From Longimicrobiales bacterium (GTDB lineage Bacteria; Gemmatimonadota; Gemmatimonadetes; Longimicrobiales; RSA9), in assembly GCA_050732635.1 (NCBI GenBank), contig JBOHRE010000005.1, forward strand, positions 2,897 through 66,896: 64,000 nucleotides of DNA. The letters run 5' to 3'. Of this stretch, positions 1-9,190 are shown one piece after another. Both the position numbers and the translations under genes were made by a program. Within the stretch, counting starts at the first letter, position 1, and each line of letters begins with the position of its first letter. Below the pieces are notes generated by a model, which was given only the letters and a program-made list of their open reading frames with translations, was not told the origin of the DNA and made no database searches.

Positions 1-1208
1 CCACGCAGCGAGCCGAAGAGACGGCGCGGCGCGATGCCGCTGCTGCGCAGCGCGCACTCGACGCGCAGCGCAAGCTCGAGGGCCTTGCGGGCATGAGCGC
101 CGATGACGCGAAGCGGCTACTCATGCAGGACATCGCCGACGCAGCGCGCGCCGAAGCAGCCAACCGGGTCCGCGAGATCAAGGAGAATGCGCGGCGCGAA
201 GCCGAGCGCGAGGCGAAGAACATCATCGCACTCGCGATTCAACGCATCGCCGCGGATCATACCGCCGAGAGCACGGTTTCGGTCGTCGCACTGCCCTCCG
301 ACGAGATGAAGGGCCGTATCATCGGCCGCGAGGGCCGGAACATCCGCGCCTTCGAGCAGGCCACCGGCATTGACGTCATCATTGACGACACGCCGGAGGC
401 GGTGATCCTGTCGGGCTTCGATCCGGTTCGGCGGGAGACGGCGAGGTCGGCTCTCGAGAAGCTGATCATTGACGGGCGCATCCACCCCGGGCGGATCGAA
501 GAGATCGTCGAGAAGAGCCGCAAGGAAGTGGAGGAGTCGATGGTGCAGGCGGCGGAGGCGGCGATGTACGAGCTGGGCGTCCACGGCGTGGCGCCGGAGA
601 TCGTGCGAGTGCTGGGCCGCTTGAAGTTCCGCACGTCGTATGGGCAGAACCAGCTGCAGCATGCCAGAGAAGTCGCGGTGCTGGCCGGCAACATGGCCAT
701 GGAGCTCGGTCTGGATGCGACCATGGCCAGGCGCATGGCGCTGCTCCACGATGTCGGCAAAGGCCTGACCCACGAGCACGAGGGTACGCACGTCGAGCTC
801 GGCTACGAGCTGTGCAAGCGGTACCGTGAGCCGGACCAGGTGCTGAACGCGATCAGGGCGCATCACGACGAGGAGCCGCACCGCTATCCGGAAACGTTCC
901 TGGTCACGGCCGCGGACGCGATCAGCGGCTCCCGGCCCGGCGCCCGTCGTGAGATGTTCGAGACGTACGTCAAACGCCTCGAGAAGCTGGAGTCCATCGC
1001 GCATGGCTTTCCAGGTGTCGAGCGCTGCTTCGCGATTCAGGCGGGCCGCGAGATCCGCGTGATGGTCGACCCGGATGGTGTCGACGATGACGGGATGACG
1101 CGGCTGAGCGAGGAAATCGCCCGCAAGCTCGAGGAGGAGTTGCAGTACCCCGGCCAGATCAAGGTCGTGGTGATCCGCGAGACGCGCGCGGTCGACTTCG
1201 CCCGCTGA
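1..1208 (+). CDS. rny: Ribonuclease Y (5' end outside window)
   Basis: Frame 3 is open from nt 3 to the stop at 1208. Charged coiled-coil N-region, KH motif GRIIGREGRNIRAFE and HD motif LLHDVGK...RAHHDE. Confidence 0.9.
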   Translation, partial: TQRAEETARRDAAAAQRALDAQRKLEGLAGMSADDAKRLLMQDIADAARAEAANRVREIKENARREAEREAKNIIALAIQRIAADHTAESTVSVVALPSDEMKGRIIGREGRNIRAFEQATGIDVIIDDTPEAVILSGFDPVRRETARSALEKLIIDGRIHPGRIEEIVEKSRKEVEESMVQAAEAAMYELGVHGVAPEIVRVLGRLKFRTSYGQNQLQHAREVAVLAGNMAMELGLDATMARRMALLHDVGKGLTHEHEGTHVELGYELCKRYREPDQVLNAIRAHHDEEPHRYPETFLVTAADAISGSRPGARREMFETYVKRLEKLESIAHGFPGVERCFAIQAGREIRVMVDPDGVDDDGMTRLSEEIARKLEEELQYPGQIKVVVIRETRAVDFAR

Positions 1209-1221
1209 GCGCAGGACGGCA

Positions 1222-2124
1222 ATGGCTGCGAAGATCATCGACGGTGCGGCGATCGCGGAAGCGATGCGCGAGGAGCTCGCACGCGAGGCGGCGGCCTTCA
1301 GCCGATCGTTTGGCATCGCGCCCGGGCTCGTCACTGTGCTGGTCGGCCATGATCCGGCCAGTGAGGTCTACGTACGTATGAAAGGCCGCGCCGCGGAGCG
1401 CGCTGGCTTCGTCTCGCGCCAGGTCGCGTTACCGCAGAGCACACCGCACGATGAGCTGATCGAAGCCGTCGACCGCCTGAACGAGGATGGCGATGTCCAC
1501 GGCATTCTGGTGCAGCTGCCGCTGCCGCCACAGATCCGCACCGATGAGGTGATCGCGCGGATCGATCCGGCCAAGGACGTCGACGGCTTCCATCCAAGCA
1601 ACGTCGGCCGGTTGGCGATCGGCGATCCGCACGTGCTTGCTCCGTGCACACCGGCCGGCGTGGTCGAGCTGCTCGTCCGATCCGGCTATTCCCCCGAGGG
1701 GCGCCATGTCGTCATCGTCGGGCGCTCCACCATCGTCGGCCGACCGCTCGCCTTGCTGCTGCTGCGCGCCGGGCCGCATGGGAACGCGACCGTCACGGTC
1801 GCGCACAGCCGCACGCGCGACCTGGCGGGTTTGACCCGCCAGGCCGACATCCTCGTGGCGGCGGTCGGCCGACCCGGTCTGATCACGGGCGCCATGGTAC
1901 GACCGGGGGCCGTGGTGATCGATGTCGGCGTCAACCGCGTCGCTGATGCGGCAACGGAGCGGGGCTACCGGCTGGTTGGCGATGTGGCGTTCGCTGAAGT
2001 GGCCGAGGTGGCGACGGCAATCACGCCGGTGCCGGGTGGAGTCGGCCCCATGACGATCACGATGCTGCTGCGCAACACGCTCGAAGCCGCGCGGCGAATC
2101 CAGGCGCACGCGGGAGTCGCATGA
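1222..2124 (+). CDS. folD: Bifunctional methylenetetrahydrofolate dehydrogenase/methenyl-THF cyclohydrolase
   Basis: 300 aa. KIIDG start, GRSTIVGRPLALLLL and PGGVGPMTITMLL motifs typical of FolD. Confidence 0.95.
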   Translation: MAAKIIDGAAIAEAMREELAREAAAFSRSFGIAPGLVTVLVGHDPASEVYVRMKGRAAERAGFVSRQVALPQSTPHDELIEAVDRLNEDGDVHGILVQLPLPPQIRTDEVIARIDPAKDVDGFHPSNVGRLAIGDPHVLAPCTPAGVVELLVRSGYSPEGRHVVIVGRSTIVGRPLALLLLRAGPHGNATVTVAHSRTRDLAGLTRQADILVAAVGRPGLITGAMVRPGAVVIDVGVNRVADAATERGYRLVGDVAFAEVAEVATAITPVPGGVGPMTITMLLRNTLEAARRIQAHAGVA

Positions 2125-3350
2125 CGCAGTATTCGCTGGGCTTCCGGAGCGCGCCCACTCCGTCGGCCGGGGACGCTGGGCCGCCCGAAGCGACCGATGG
2201 CGCAACGCGCGAGGCGGCACTGTCGATCGCGGCCGTGACCCGTTTGGCGCGGGAGGTGCTCGAGGGCGCGATTCCGCCGCTCTGGGCGGCCGGCGAAGTG
2301 GGAAGCTGGCGTCGCCACGAATCCGGTCACTGCTATTTCACGCTGCGCGACGCGCATGCGCAGGTCCGCTGCGTGATGTTCCGCGCCGACGCCGAGCGCC
2401 TGCCGACGCAGCCGGAAAACGGCACGGCCGTGCGCGTGCTCGGTGGCGTGACGCTCTACGAGCGGCGCGGTGACTTCCAGCTCGTCGTCCGCCGGCTCGA
2501 GGGCGTCGGTCGCGACGGGCTGTGGCGGCTGGCATTCGATCGCCTGAAGACGCGTCTCGAACGCGACGGGCTTCTCGACCCGAGCCGCAAACGCCGACTA
2601 CCCCGCTGTCCGCTCGCCGTGGGCGTGGTCACTTCGCCGGTTGGTGCGGTCTTTCACGATATCGTTCGCGTGGTGGAGCGGCGCGCGCCCTGGACCCACG
2701 TCGTGTTCGCGCCGGCGCGGGTCCAGGGCGACGGTGCGGCGCGTGAGCTCGCCGCGGCCATCGAGCGGCTCGACCGGGCGCGGCTGGTCGACGTGATCAT
2801 CGTCGCACGTGGCGGAGGCTCGATGGAAGATCTCTGGGCGTTCAACGAGGAGCCGGTCGCGCGCGCGATTGCCGGCTGCGTCGTCCCTGTCGTCTGTGGT
2901 GTCGGACACGAGACGGACGTCACGATCGCGGACCTGGTCGCCGACCTGCGCGCGCCGACGCCGTCGGCGGCTGCCGAGCTGGTGGTGCTCGAGCGCGACG
3001 CGCTGGCGGCGCAGCTCGCAACCTGGCGGAACGCGTTGCGGACCTCGCTCGCGACTCGCCTGAACACGCGCGGCCGTGACATCCACCGCTGGCGGGAGCG
3101 TCTGGGCGCGACGGCCGCGCACATGGTGCGCGAGCGCCGCCGCCGTCTCGAGCACTGTGCGGCACGTCTCGATGCGCTGTCCCCATTGGCATCGCTGGCG
3201 CGCGGATACGCCGTGCCGCGCGACGAGGCCGGCCATGTGCTGCGCCGCGCGGCGGATTTCCCGCCCGCCAGACCGTTTCGCTTGCGCATCGTCGACGGCG
3301 ATATCCCCTGTCGCGTCGAGCAGCGAACCGGCGACGTGGAGCGAACGTGA
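2121..3350 (+). CDS. xseA: Exodeoxyribonuclease VII large subunit
   Basis: 409 aa. N-terminal OB-fold region (GEVGSWRRHESGHCYFTLRDAHAQVRCVMF) and catalytic core (VIIVARGGGSMEDLWAFNEE). ATGA overlap with folD. Confidence 0.9.
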   Translation: MTQYSLGFRSAPTPSAGDAGPPEATDGATREAALSIAAVTRLAREVLEGAIPPLWAAGEVGSWRRHESGHCYFTLRDAHAQVRCVMFRADAERLPTQPENGTAVRVLGGVTLYERRGDFQLVVRRLEGVGRDGLWRLAFDRLKTRLERDGLLDPSRKRRLPRCPLAVGVVTSPVGAVFHDIVRVVERRAPWTHVVFAPARVQGDGAARELAAAIERLDRARLVDVIIVARGGGSMEDLWAFNEEPVARAIAGCVVPVVCGVGHETDVTIADLVADLRAPTPSAAAELVVLERDALAAQLATWRNALRTSLATRLNTRGRDIHRWRERLGATAAHMVRERRRRLEHCAARLDALSPLASLARGYAVPRDEAGHVLRRAADFPPARPFRLRIVDGDIPCRVEQRTGDVERT

Positions 3351-3583
3351 GCGGCGCGCAGCGTGGCGGTCTGGAGGCGCATCTCGACCGTCTCGAGCGG
3401 ATCGTCGGTGAGCTGAGCCGCGAAGATCTGGAGCTCGAGCAGTCACTCGCGCTGTTCGAGGAGGGGGTCGAGCACCTGCGCGAGGCCGAGCGCCTGCTGC
3501 GCGCTGCAGAGCTGCGTGTCTCACGTCTGGTCGATGAGGGCGGCGAGCCCACGCTCGAGCCGATGGATCCCAGCGGTCGCTGA
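3347..3583 (+). CDS. xseB: Exodeoxyribonuclease VII small subunit
   Basis: 78 aa helical protein (LEQSLALFEEGVEHLREAERLL). Overlaps the xseA stop, in the conserved xseB-ispA-dxs order. Confidence 0.85.
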   Translation: MSGAQRGGLEAHLDRLERIVGELSREDLELEQSLALFEEGVEHLREAERLLRAAELRVSRLVDEGGEPTLEPMDPSGR

Positions 3584-4536
3584 TGCACGCGAGCGCCCGA
3601 CGGCTGGTCGACTCGCTCGATCATATCCGCGCCGCAGTCGACGTCGAGATCTCCCGCCTCGCCGCCGAACCCGTCGCTGCTGCTAGCCGCAGTGAGCAGG
3701 CACTCGCCTACGCCCTCGCCGCAGCGGGGAAACGGATTCGCCCCTTGCTCTGCATCGCGGCCTTCCGCGCCATTGCCGGTACCGTCCAGAGTACGCGCCG
3801 AGATGGCACGGCAGGCGAGTTCGGCGAGGTCGCCGCGCCGCTGCTGCGGCTCGGCTGCGCTGTCGAGCTGATCCACACCTACTCCCTCATGCATGACGAC
3901 CTGCCGTGCATGGATGATGCGCCGCTGCGCCGCAACCGGCCGACCGCGCACGTGCTTCATGGCTCGGTGCCGGCCATGGTTGCCGGGCTGGCGTTGATTC
4001 CGCGCGCGTTCGCGTTGCTCGATCAGGCCGCGCAGGACCTCGGGCTCACACCTGAAACGCGTGCGCTGCTCGCCCACGAGCTCGCCACGGGTGCGGGGGC
4101 CGCCGGCATGGTGGGCGGGCAGCTGATGGATCTCGAGGCCGAGCGGCGCAGGCTGTCGGCCGCTGAGCTCGAGCAGCTGCAGGCCCGTAAGACCGGAGCG
4201 TTGCTGATCGCCGCGCTGCGCGTCGGCGCCCGGGCGGCCGGCGCCACCACGACCCAGCTGGAGGCGCTGACCGCATACGGCTGCGCCCTCGGACTTGCGT
4301 TTCAGATCGCGGATGATCTATTGGACGTAACCGGCCGAGAGGCGGTCACCGGCAAGGCCGCGGGCACCGACCAGGCGCTGGAGAAGGCTACGTTTCCGGC
4401 CCTGCTGGGTGTCGACGCCGCACGACGCCGCGGCTGGGAGCTGGTGCAATCGGCCCGGGATGCCCTGGCTCCGGCGGGTCTCGACACACCCGAGCTGCTC
4501 GCTCTCGCGCAGTTCGCGATGGACAGGAATCGATGA
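3583..4536 (+). CDS. ispA: Polyprenyl (farnesyl/geranylgeranyl) diphosphate synthase
   Basis: 317 aa. First Asp-rich motif LMHDDLPCMDD and second motif FQIADDLLD. Confidence 0.85.
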   Translation: MHASARRLVDSLDHIRAAVDVEISRLAAEPVAAASRSEQALAYALAAAGKRIRPLLCIAAFRAIAGTVQSTRRDGTAGEFGEVAAPLLRLGCAVELIHTYSLMHDDLPCMDDAPLRRNRPTAHVLHGSVPAMVAGLALIPRAFALLDQAAQDLGLTPETRALLAHELATGAGAAGMVGGQLMDLEAERRRLSAAELEQLQARKTGALLIAALRVGARAAGATTTQLEALTAYGCALGLAFQIADDLLDVTGREAVTGKAAGTDQALEKATFPALLGVDAARRRGWELVQSARDALAPAGLDTPELLALAQFAMDRNR

Positions 4537-6458
4537 TGGATACGATCGAACCGCCTTTGCTCGACAGCATCCCGGGACCCGCAGCACTCCGTGCGCTGCC
4601 GCAGGACCGCCTGGGCGATGTCGCGCGCGAGGTGCGCGAGCGCATGATCGACGTCATCAGCCAGGTCGGCGGTCATTTCGCTCCCGGCCTGGGCGTGGTC
4701 GAGTTGACGATCGCGCTGCATTACGTCTTCGATACGCCTCGCGACAAGCTGGTCTGGGACGTGGGCCACCAGGGCTACCCGCACAAGATCCTGACGGGCC
4801 GCAACCCCGAGTTTCCAACGATCCGCAGCCGCAGCGGACTCTCCGGCTTTCTGCGGCGCGCGGAGTCCGAGTACGACACGTTCGGCGCCGGCCACGCAGC
4901 CACGTCCATCTCGGCGGCGCTCGGCATGGCGACCGCGCGCGACCTGCTCGGTGACGACTACGAAGTCGTGGCGGTCATCGGCGATGGCGCGATGACGTGC
5001 GGCCTCGCCTACGAGGCACTGAACAATGCGGGGCATACGCACCGCGATCTGCTGGTCGTGCTGAACGACAACGAGATGTCGATCTCGCCCAACGTGGGTG
5101 CGATCAACAAGTACCTGACCCGGATCACGACGAATCCGCTGTACAATCGCCTGCGTGAAGAGCTGAAGAGCATCCTGCAAAAGAGCCCGGCGACCCTCGA
5201 GGACCTCGCGATCCGGCTCGAGGAGAGCGTCAAGAACATGCTCGTGCCCGGCACACTCTTCGAGGAGCTCGGGCTGCGCTACTTCGGGCCGATCGACGGG
5301 CATGACCTCGACGCGCTGGTCGACACGCTGCGCAAAGTCAGGCGCATGGAGGGACCGCGCCTCGTGCACGTCGTGACACGCAAAGGCAAGGGCTACGCAC
5401 TCGCCGAGCAGAATCCAGTCGTCTGGCACGGCGCGACGCCGTTCGACAAGATCAGCGGCGAGGCAGCGAAGAAGAAGCCCGGTCTGCCCGCATACACGAA
5501 AGCGTTCGGCAGTGCGCTGGTCGAGCTCGGCGCCGTCGAGCCGAAGCTAGTGGTCATTACGGCCGCAATGCCGACCGGGACCGGCACGGCGCCGTTCGGT
5601 GATGCATACCCCGATCGCTACTTCGATGTGGGCATTGCCGAGGCTCACGCGGTCACGTTCGCCGCCGGCCTCGCCTGCCAGGGCGCACGCCCGGTCGCCG
5701 TTATCTACTCGACCTTTCTGCAGCGGGCATACGACTCGATCATCCACGACGTCGCGGTTCAGAATCTACCCGTGGTCTTCGCCATGGATCGCGCCGGGCT
5801 GGTTGGCAACGACGGCGCGACGCACATGGGTCTGTACGACATCGCCTATCTGCTCGCGGTCCCGAACATGACCGTGACCGCTCCCAAGGACGGCGCGGAG
5901 ATGGCCGCGTTGCTGCGCCTGGGCGTGCGGCATCTGCAGGGTCCGTTCTCGCTGCGCTATCCACGCGACAACGTGCCCGGTGCCGTGGCGCCCCTCGCCG
6001 AGATTCCGGACATTGAGCTGGGTAGCTGGGAGATCCTCCGACGCGGGCGCCGCGTGGCCATACTCGCGGTCGGCACGATGGTGCTGCCCGCGCTGGACGC
6101 CGCCACGCGGTTGGCCACCGAGGGGATCGACGCAAGCGTCATCAACTGCCGCTTCCTGAAGCCGTTCGACCGAGCGACGCTCGATTGGGCCCTCGAGCAC
6201 CATGACGCGCTGCTGACCGTCGAAGATGGCACGGTCGTGAACGGATTCGGCGCGATGATCGCGCGCATCGTCGAAGGTGCGCGGCGCGCGCGACCCACAC
6301 TGCGAGTGGGCGTCATGGGCGTCCCGGATGCGGTGATGGAGCACGCCTCGCGCGCGGAGCAGCTCGCCGAAGTCGGGCTCACACCCGCCGGCATTGCCGA
6401 ACACGCCAGGTTCTTGGTAGAGGGGACTCGAATCGAACCCGTGCGCGAGCTCGCCTAA
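4533..6458 (+). CDS. dxs: 1-deoxy-D-xylulose-5-phosphate synthase
   Basis: 641 aa. GHFAPGLGVVELTIALHYVF...DVGHQGYPHKILTGR and IGDGAMTCG TPP motif. Confidence 0.95.
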   Translation: MMDTIEPPLLDSIPGPAALRALPQDRLGDVAREVRERMIDVISQVGGHFAPGLGVVELTIALHYVFDTPRDKLVWDVGHQGYPHKILTGRNPEFPTIRSRSGLSGFLRRAESEYDTFGAGHAATSISAALGMATARDLLGDDYEVVAVIGDGAMTCGLAYEALNNAGHTHRDLLVVLNDNEMSISPNVGAINKYLTRITTNPLYNRLREELKSILQKSPATLEDLAIRLEESVKNMLVPGTLFEELGLRYFGPIDGHDLDALVDTLRKVRRMEGPRLVHVVTRKGKGYALAEQNPVVWHGATPFDKISGEAAKKKPGLPAYTKAFGSALVELGAVEPKLVVITAAMPTGTGTAPFGDAYPDRYFDVGIAEAHAVTFAAGLACQGARPVAVIYSTFLQRAYDSIIHDVAVQNLPVVFAMDRAGLVGNDGATHMGLYDIAYLLAVPNMTVTAPKDGAEMAALLRLGVRHLQGPFSLRYPRDNVPGAVAPLAEIPDIELGSWEILRRGRRVAILAVGTMVLPALDAATRLATEGIDASVINCRFLKPFDRATLDWALEHHDALLTVEDGTVVNGFGAMIARIVEGARRARPTLRVGVMGVPDAVMEHASRAEQLAEVGLTPAGIAEHARFLVEGTRIEPVRELA

Positions 6459-7366
6459 TGGCGACCTCGGCGAGCCCGACCGTGCGCCGGGTCGGCGTCG
6501 TCGGCCATCGCCGCTACGCTACACTCGCCGCCGCGCTCGACGCACTCCGGCGCTGCGCCGATACGCACGAGCTCACGCTGCTCGCCGAGGACTGGCTGGC
6601 CCCCGCACTGCATGCCGAATCCTTCGACGGCCCCGAAGGATTCGATGCCGGTCCGCTCGATCTGCTGATCACGCTGGGCGGCGACGGCACGCTGCTCCGT
6701 GGCGCGCGACTCGTCGTGGCTGCCGAAACACCGATTCTCGGCGTCAATCTCGGCCATCTCGGTTTTCTGACCTCGGTCGGTCCGGATCACCTGGACGACG
6801 CGCTCACCCGTGTGCTGCGGGGCGATTGCTGGATGGATCGCCGGATGACGCTGGAAGCCCGCGTCGTCCGTGCCGGCCAGGTCGAGGAGCCCGGCTTCAT
6901 CGCGCTCAATGATGCCGTGATCCACAAGGGTGGATCGGCACGCATGATTCGCCTCGCGCTCAAGGCAGGTGAGGCCATGGAAGAGGTCGGTACGTACAAC
7001 GCCGATGGCATCATCGTGTCGACACCGACCGGTTCGACGGCCTATGCGCTCTCCGCCGGCGGACCGATTGTCGTGCCCACCATGGACTGCATTCTGGCGA
7101 CGCCGATCTGCCCCCACACGCTCGTGATCCGACCGCTCATCGTGCCTGCCAGCTTCGTGCTCACGCTCGAGATCCTGACTCCGCTCGAGGACGTGTATCT
7201 GACCGTCGATGGCCAGGAAAGCGCGTCTCTGACACCCGATGACTGCGTCGTCATCCGCCGGGCACCCACCTCCGTGCCTCTCATTCGCTTCCATGGACAT
7301 ACATTCTTCGGCACGCTGCGCCGCAAGCTGCACTGGGGGATCGAGCGGGGCGACGAGCGGATCTGA
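6458..7366 (+). CDS. nadK: NAD kinase
   Basis: 302 aa. GGDGTLL and NADGIIVSTPTGSTAYALSAGGP motifs. The ATG shares a base with the dxs TAA. Confidence 0.9.
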   Translation: MATSASPTVRRVGVVGHRRYATLAAALDALRRCADTHELTLLAEDWLAPALHAESFDGPEGFDAGPLDLLITLGGDGTLLRGARLVVAAETPILGVNLGHLGFLTSVGPDHLDDALTRVLRGDCWMDRRMTLEARVVRAGQVEEPGFIALNDAVIHKGGSARMIRLALKAGEAMEEVGTYNADGIIVSTPTGSTAYALSAGGPIVVPTMDCILATPICPHTLVIRPLIVPASFVLTLEILTPLEDVYLTVDGQESASLTPDDCVVIRRAPTSVPLIRFHGHTFFGTLRRKLHWGIERGDERI

Positions 7367-7429
7367 CGGCGCGTCGACGTCGACATGAACGTCGACCTCG
7401 AGCTCGGAGCCGGCGTACTCATCCAGCTA

Positions 7430-7459
7430 TTGAATCGTCTCTTCGGCGCAGGGTATACT
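7430..7459 (+). promoter_or_regulatory. Sigma-70-like promoter TTGAAT-N18-TATACT directly abutting the recN ATG
   Basis: TTGAAT at 7430-7435 and TATACT at 7454-7459. Only 5 nt (ccggc) separate the -10 from the ATG at 7465, and there is no Shine-Dalgarno. Confidence 0.35.
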
Positions 7460-7464
7460 CCGGC

Positions 7465-9132
7465 ATGCTGCTCGAGCTCAGAATCGAGGACTTCGCCGTC
7501 ATTGATCGGCTGACGGTGCGGCTCGGACGCGGCCTGAACGTACTGACGGGCGAGACCGGCGCCGGCAAGTCGATCATCGTCGACGCGCTCGCACTGCTGC
7601 TTGGTGAGCGCGCCAGCTCGGAGCTCGTGCGCCCCGGTGCGGCGCGCGCCGTCGTCGAGGGCGTGTTCGAGATCGCCGGGCGCACCGGGATCGTCGAGCT
7701 GCTGGCGGAGCAGGGGATCGAGCCTGAGGACGGGCTGCTGATTCTCCGCCGCGAGGTGGCTGCTGCGGGTCGGAACCGGGCCTGGGTGAACGGCGCCGCC
7801 GCGACCGCCTCGCTGGTCGGCCGCGTCGGTCGCCTGCTCGTGGATCTGCACGGCCAGCACGAGCACCAGAGCCTGCTGCGTGCCGATGCACAGCGCCAGA
7901 TCCTCGACGCCTTCGCTGGCGCCGGCGAATTGGCGCAGGAGGTCGCGCTCGCGCACGCCGAGCTGCGCGCTGCTGAACGCGAGCTGGCCGCGCTGGACCA
8001 GCGCGCGCGGGACGCCGAGCAGCGTTCGGATTTCCTGCGCTTTCAGCTGCGCGAGATCGACGAGGCGGCGCTCGAGCCCGGCGAGGATACACGGCTTCAG
8101 GACGAGCTGGGCCGGCTCGAGCACGCCGAGGAGCTGGCGACGATCGCCGAAGCGCTGCATCAGCAGCTCTACGCCAGCGATCGGTCGATCGCCGATGCAC
8201 TCGCGGGCGCACGCCAGGAGCTCGACAAGGTGCTGCGCATCGACCGCTCCGAGGAGCCGCTGCGCGAGCTGCTGGAGACCGCCTACTACAATGTCGAGGA
8301 AGCCGGGCGACGGCTGGGCGACTACGCGCGCGGCGTCGAGCACGACCCGGCCCGCCTCGACCGGCTGCGCCGACGTCAGGACCTCATCTTCCGCCTGCTG
8401 CGGAAGTACGGCCCAAGCATCGAGGACGTGCTGGACACGGCCCGCTCAGCGGGCGCCGAGCTCGCCCTGATCGACGACTCGGAGACGACACGCCGCGACC
8501 TGGACGAACGTGTTCGCGCCGCCCGCGCACAGCTCGGCCAGCATGCTACGAAGCTCAGTGCGATCCGCCGCAAGGCGGCGCGTCGGCTCGAGGGCGCGGT
8601 AACCCGGCTACTGCCGGGCATCGCGTTGCCGGAGGGGACCTTCACGGTGCGCCTCGTGCCCGGCGCGCATCTCACCGCTAGCGGCGCGGAGGACGTCGAG
8701 TTCCTCGTCGCGCTGAACCGCGGCTTCGAGTCCCGCCCGCTGGCGCGCGTCGCATCCGGCGGTGAGCTGTCTCGCATCATGCTCGCTCTGCGCACCGTCC
8801 TGGCTCGCGTCGAGGATGTGCCGTCGGTCGTGTTCGATGAGATCGATGCGGGCGTCGGAGGGCGCGTCGCCCAGCAGGTGGCCGACCGGCTGAAGGAGGT
8901 TGCTGCGGCGCATCAGGTCTTCGCCATCACGCATCTTGCGGCCATCGCGGCGCGCGCGGACACGCACCTGCGGGTCGACAAGATGCCCGGGCCCGATGGC
9001 CGGGCCGCGGCTGTGATCGTGCCGCTCGACGGCAACACGCGCGTCGCCGAGCTGGCACGCATGCTCGGCGGCGATGCCGCGAGCGCCGCCAGCCTGCGTC
9101 ATGCCGAGTCGCTCATCGCGCAGGCCCGCTAA
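7465..9132 (+). CDS. recN: DNA repair protein RecN
   Basis: 555 aa SMC-like protein. Walker A LTGETGAGKSIIVDAL, long coiled coil and C-terminal ASGGELSRIMLAL signature. Confidence 0.95.
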   Translation: MLLELRIEDFAVIDRLTVRLGRGLNVLTGETGAGKSIIVDALALLLGERASSELVRPGAARAVVEGVFEIAGRTGIVELLAEQGIEPEDGLLILRREVAAAGRNRAWVNGAAATASLVGRVGRLLVDLHGQHEHQSLLRADAQRQILDAFAGAGELAQEVALAHAELRAAERELAALDQRARDAEQRSDFLRFQLREIDEAALEPGEDTRLQDELGRLEHAEELATIAEALHQQLYASDRSIADALAGARQELDKVLRIDRSEEPLRELLETAYYNVEEAGRRLGDYARGVEHDPARLDRLRRRQDLIFRLLRKYGPSIEDVLDTARSAGAELALIDDSETTRRDLDERVRAARAQLGQHATKLSAIRRKAARRLEGAVTRLLPGIALPEGTFTVRLVPGAHLTASGAEDVEFLVALNRGFESRPLARVASGGELSRIMLALRTVLARVEDVPSVVFDEIDAGVGGRVAQQVADRLKEVAAAHQVFAITHLAAIAARADTHLRVDKMPGPDGRAAAVIVPLDGNTRVAELARMLGGDAASAASLRHAESLIAQAR

Positions 9133-9138
9133 AGGGCC

Positions 9139-9164
9139 GCCGCCGTGGGGCGCCGCCGTGGGGC
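9139..9164. repeat. Perfect 13-bp tandem duplication (gccgccgtggggc x2)
   Basis: Read directly in the 58-nt gap between convergent recN and the TonB-dependent receptor. Confidence 0.8.
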
Positions 9165-9190
9165 GCCCTCTGCGAGCCCGCCCCGGCCGC

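Noticed and set aside
117-1334. 405-aa ORF antisense to rny/folD
   Set aside because: It lies entirely opposite well-supported genes. Its composition is Arg/Ala/Pro-rich, typical of the antisense frame of high-GC coding DNA, and it has no recognisable motifs.
7373-7396. Three GTCGAC palindromes upstream of recN as a possible LexA/SOS box
   Set aside because: They do not match any LexA consensus I know (CTGT-N8-ACAG, GAAC-N4-GTTC, GTTC-N7-GTTC). GTCGAC is a common hexamer in GC-rich DNA. They are mentioned only as context in the recN finding.
9139-9164. 13-bp perfect tandem duplication between recN and the TonB receptor as a possible functional repeat or terminator
   Set aside because: There are only two copies and no T-run. 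It is most simply a slippage duplication in a convergent intergenic region.
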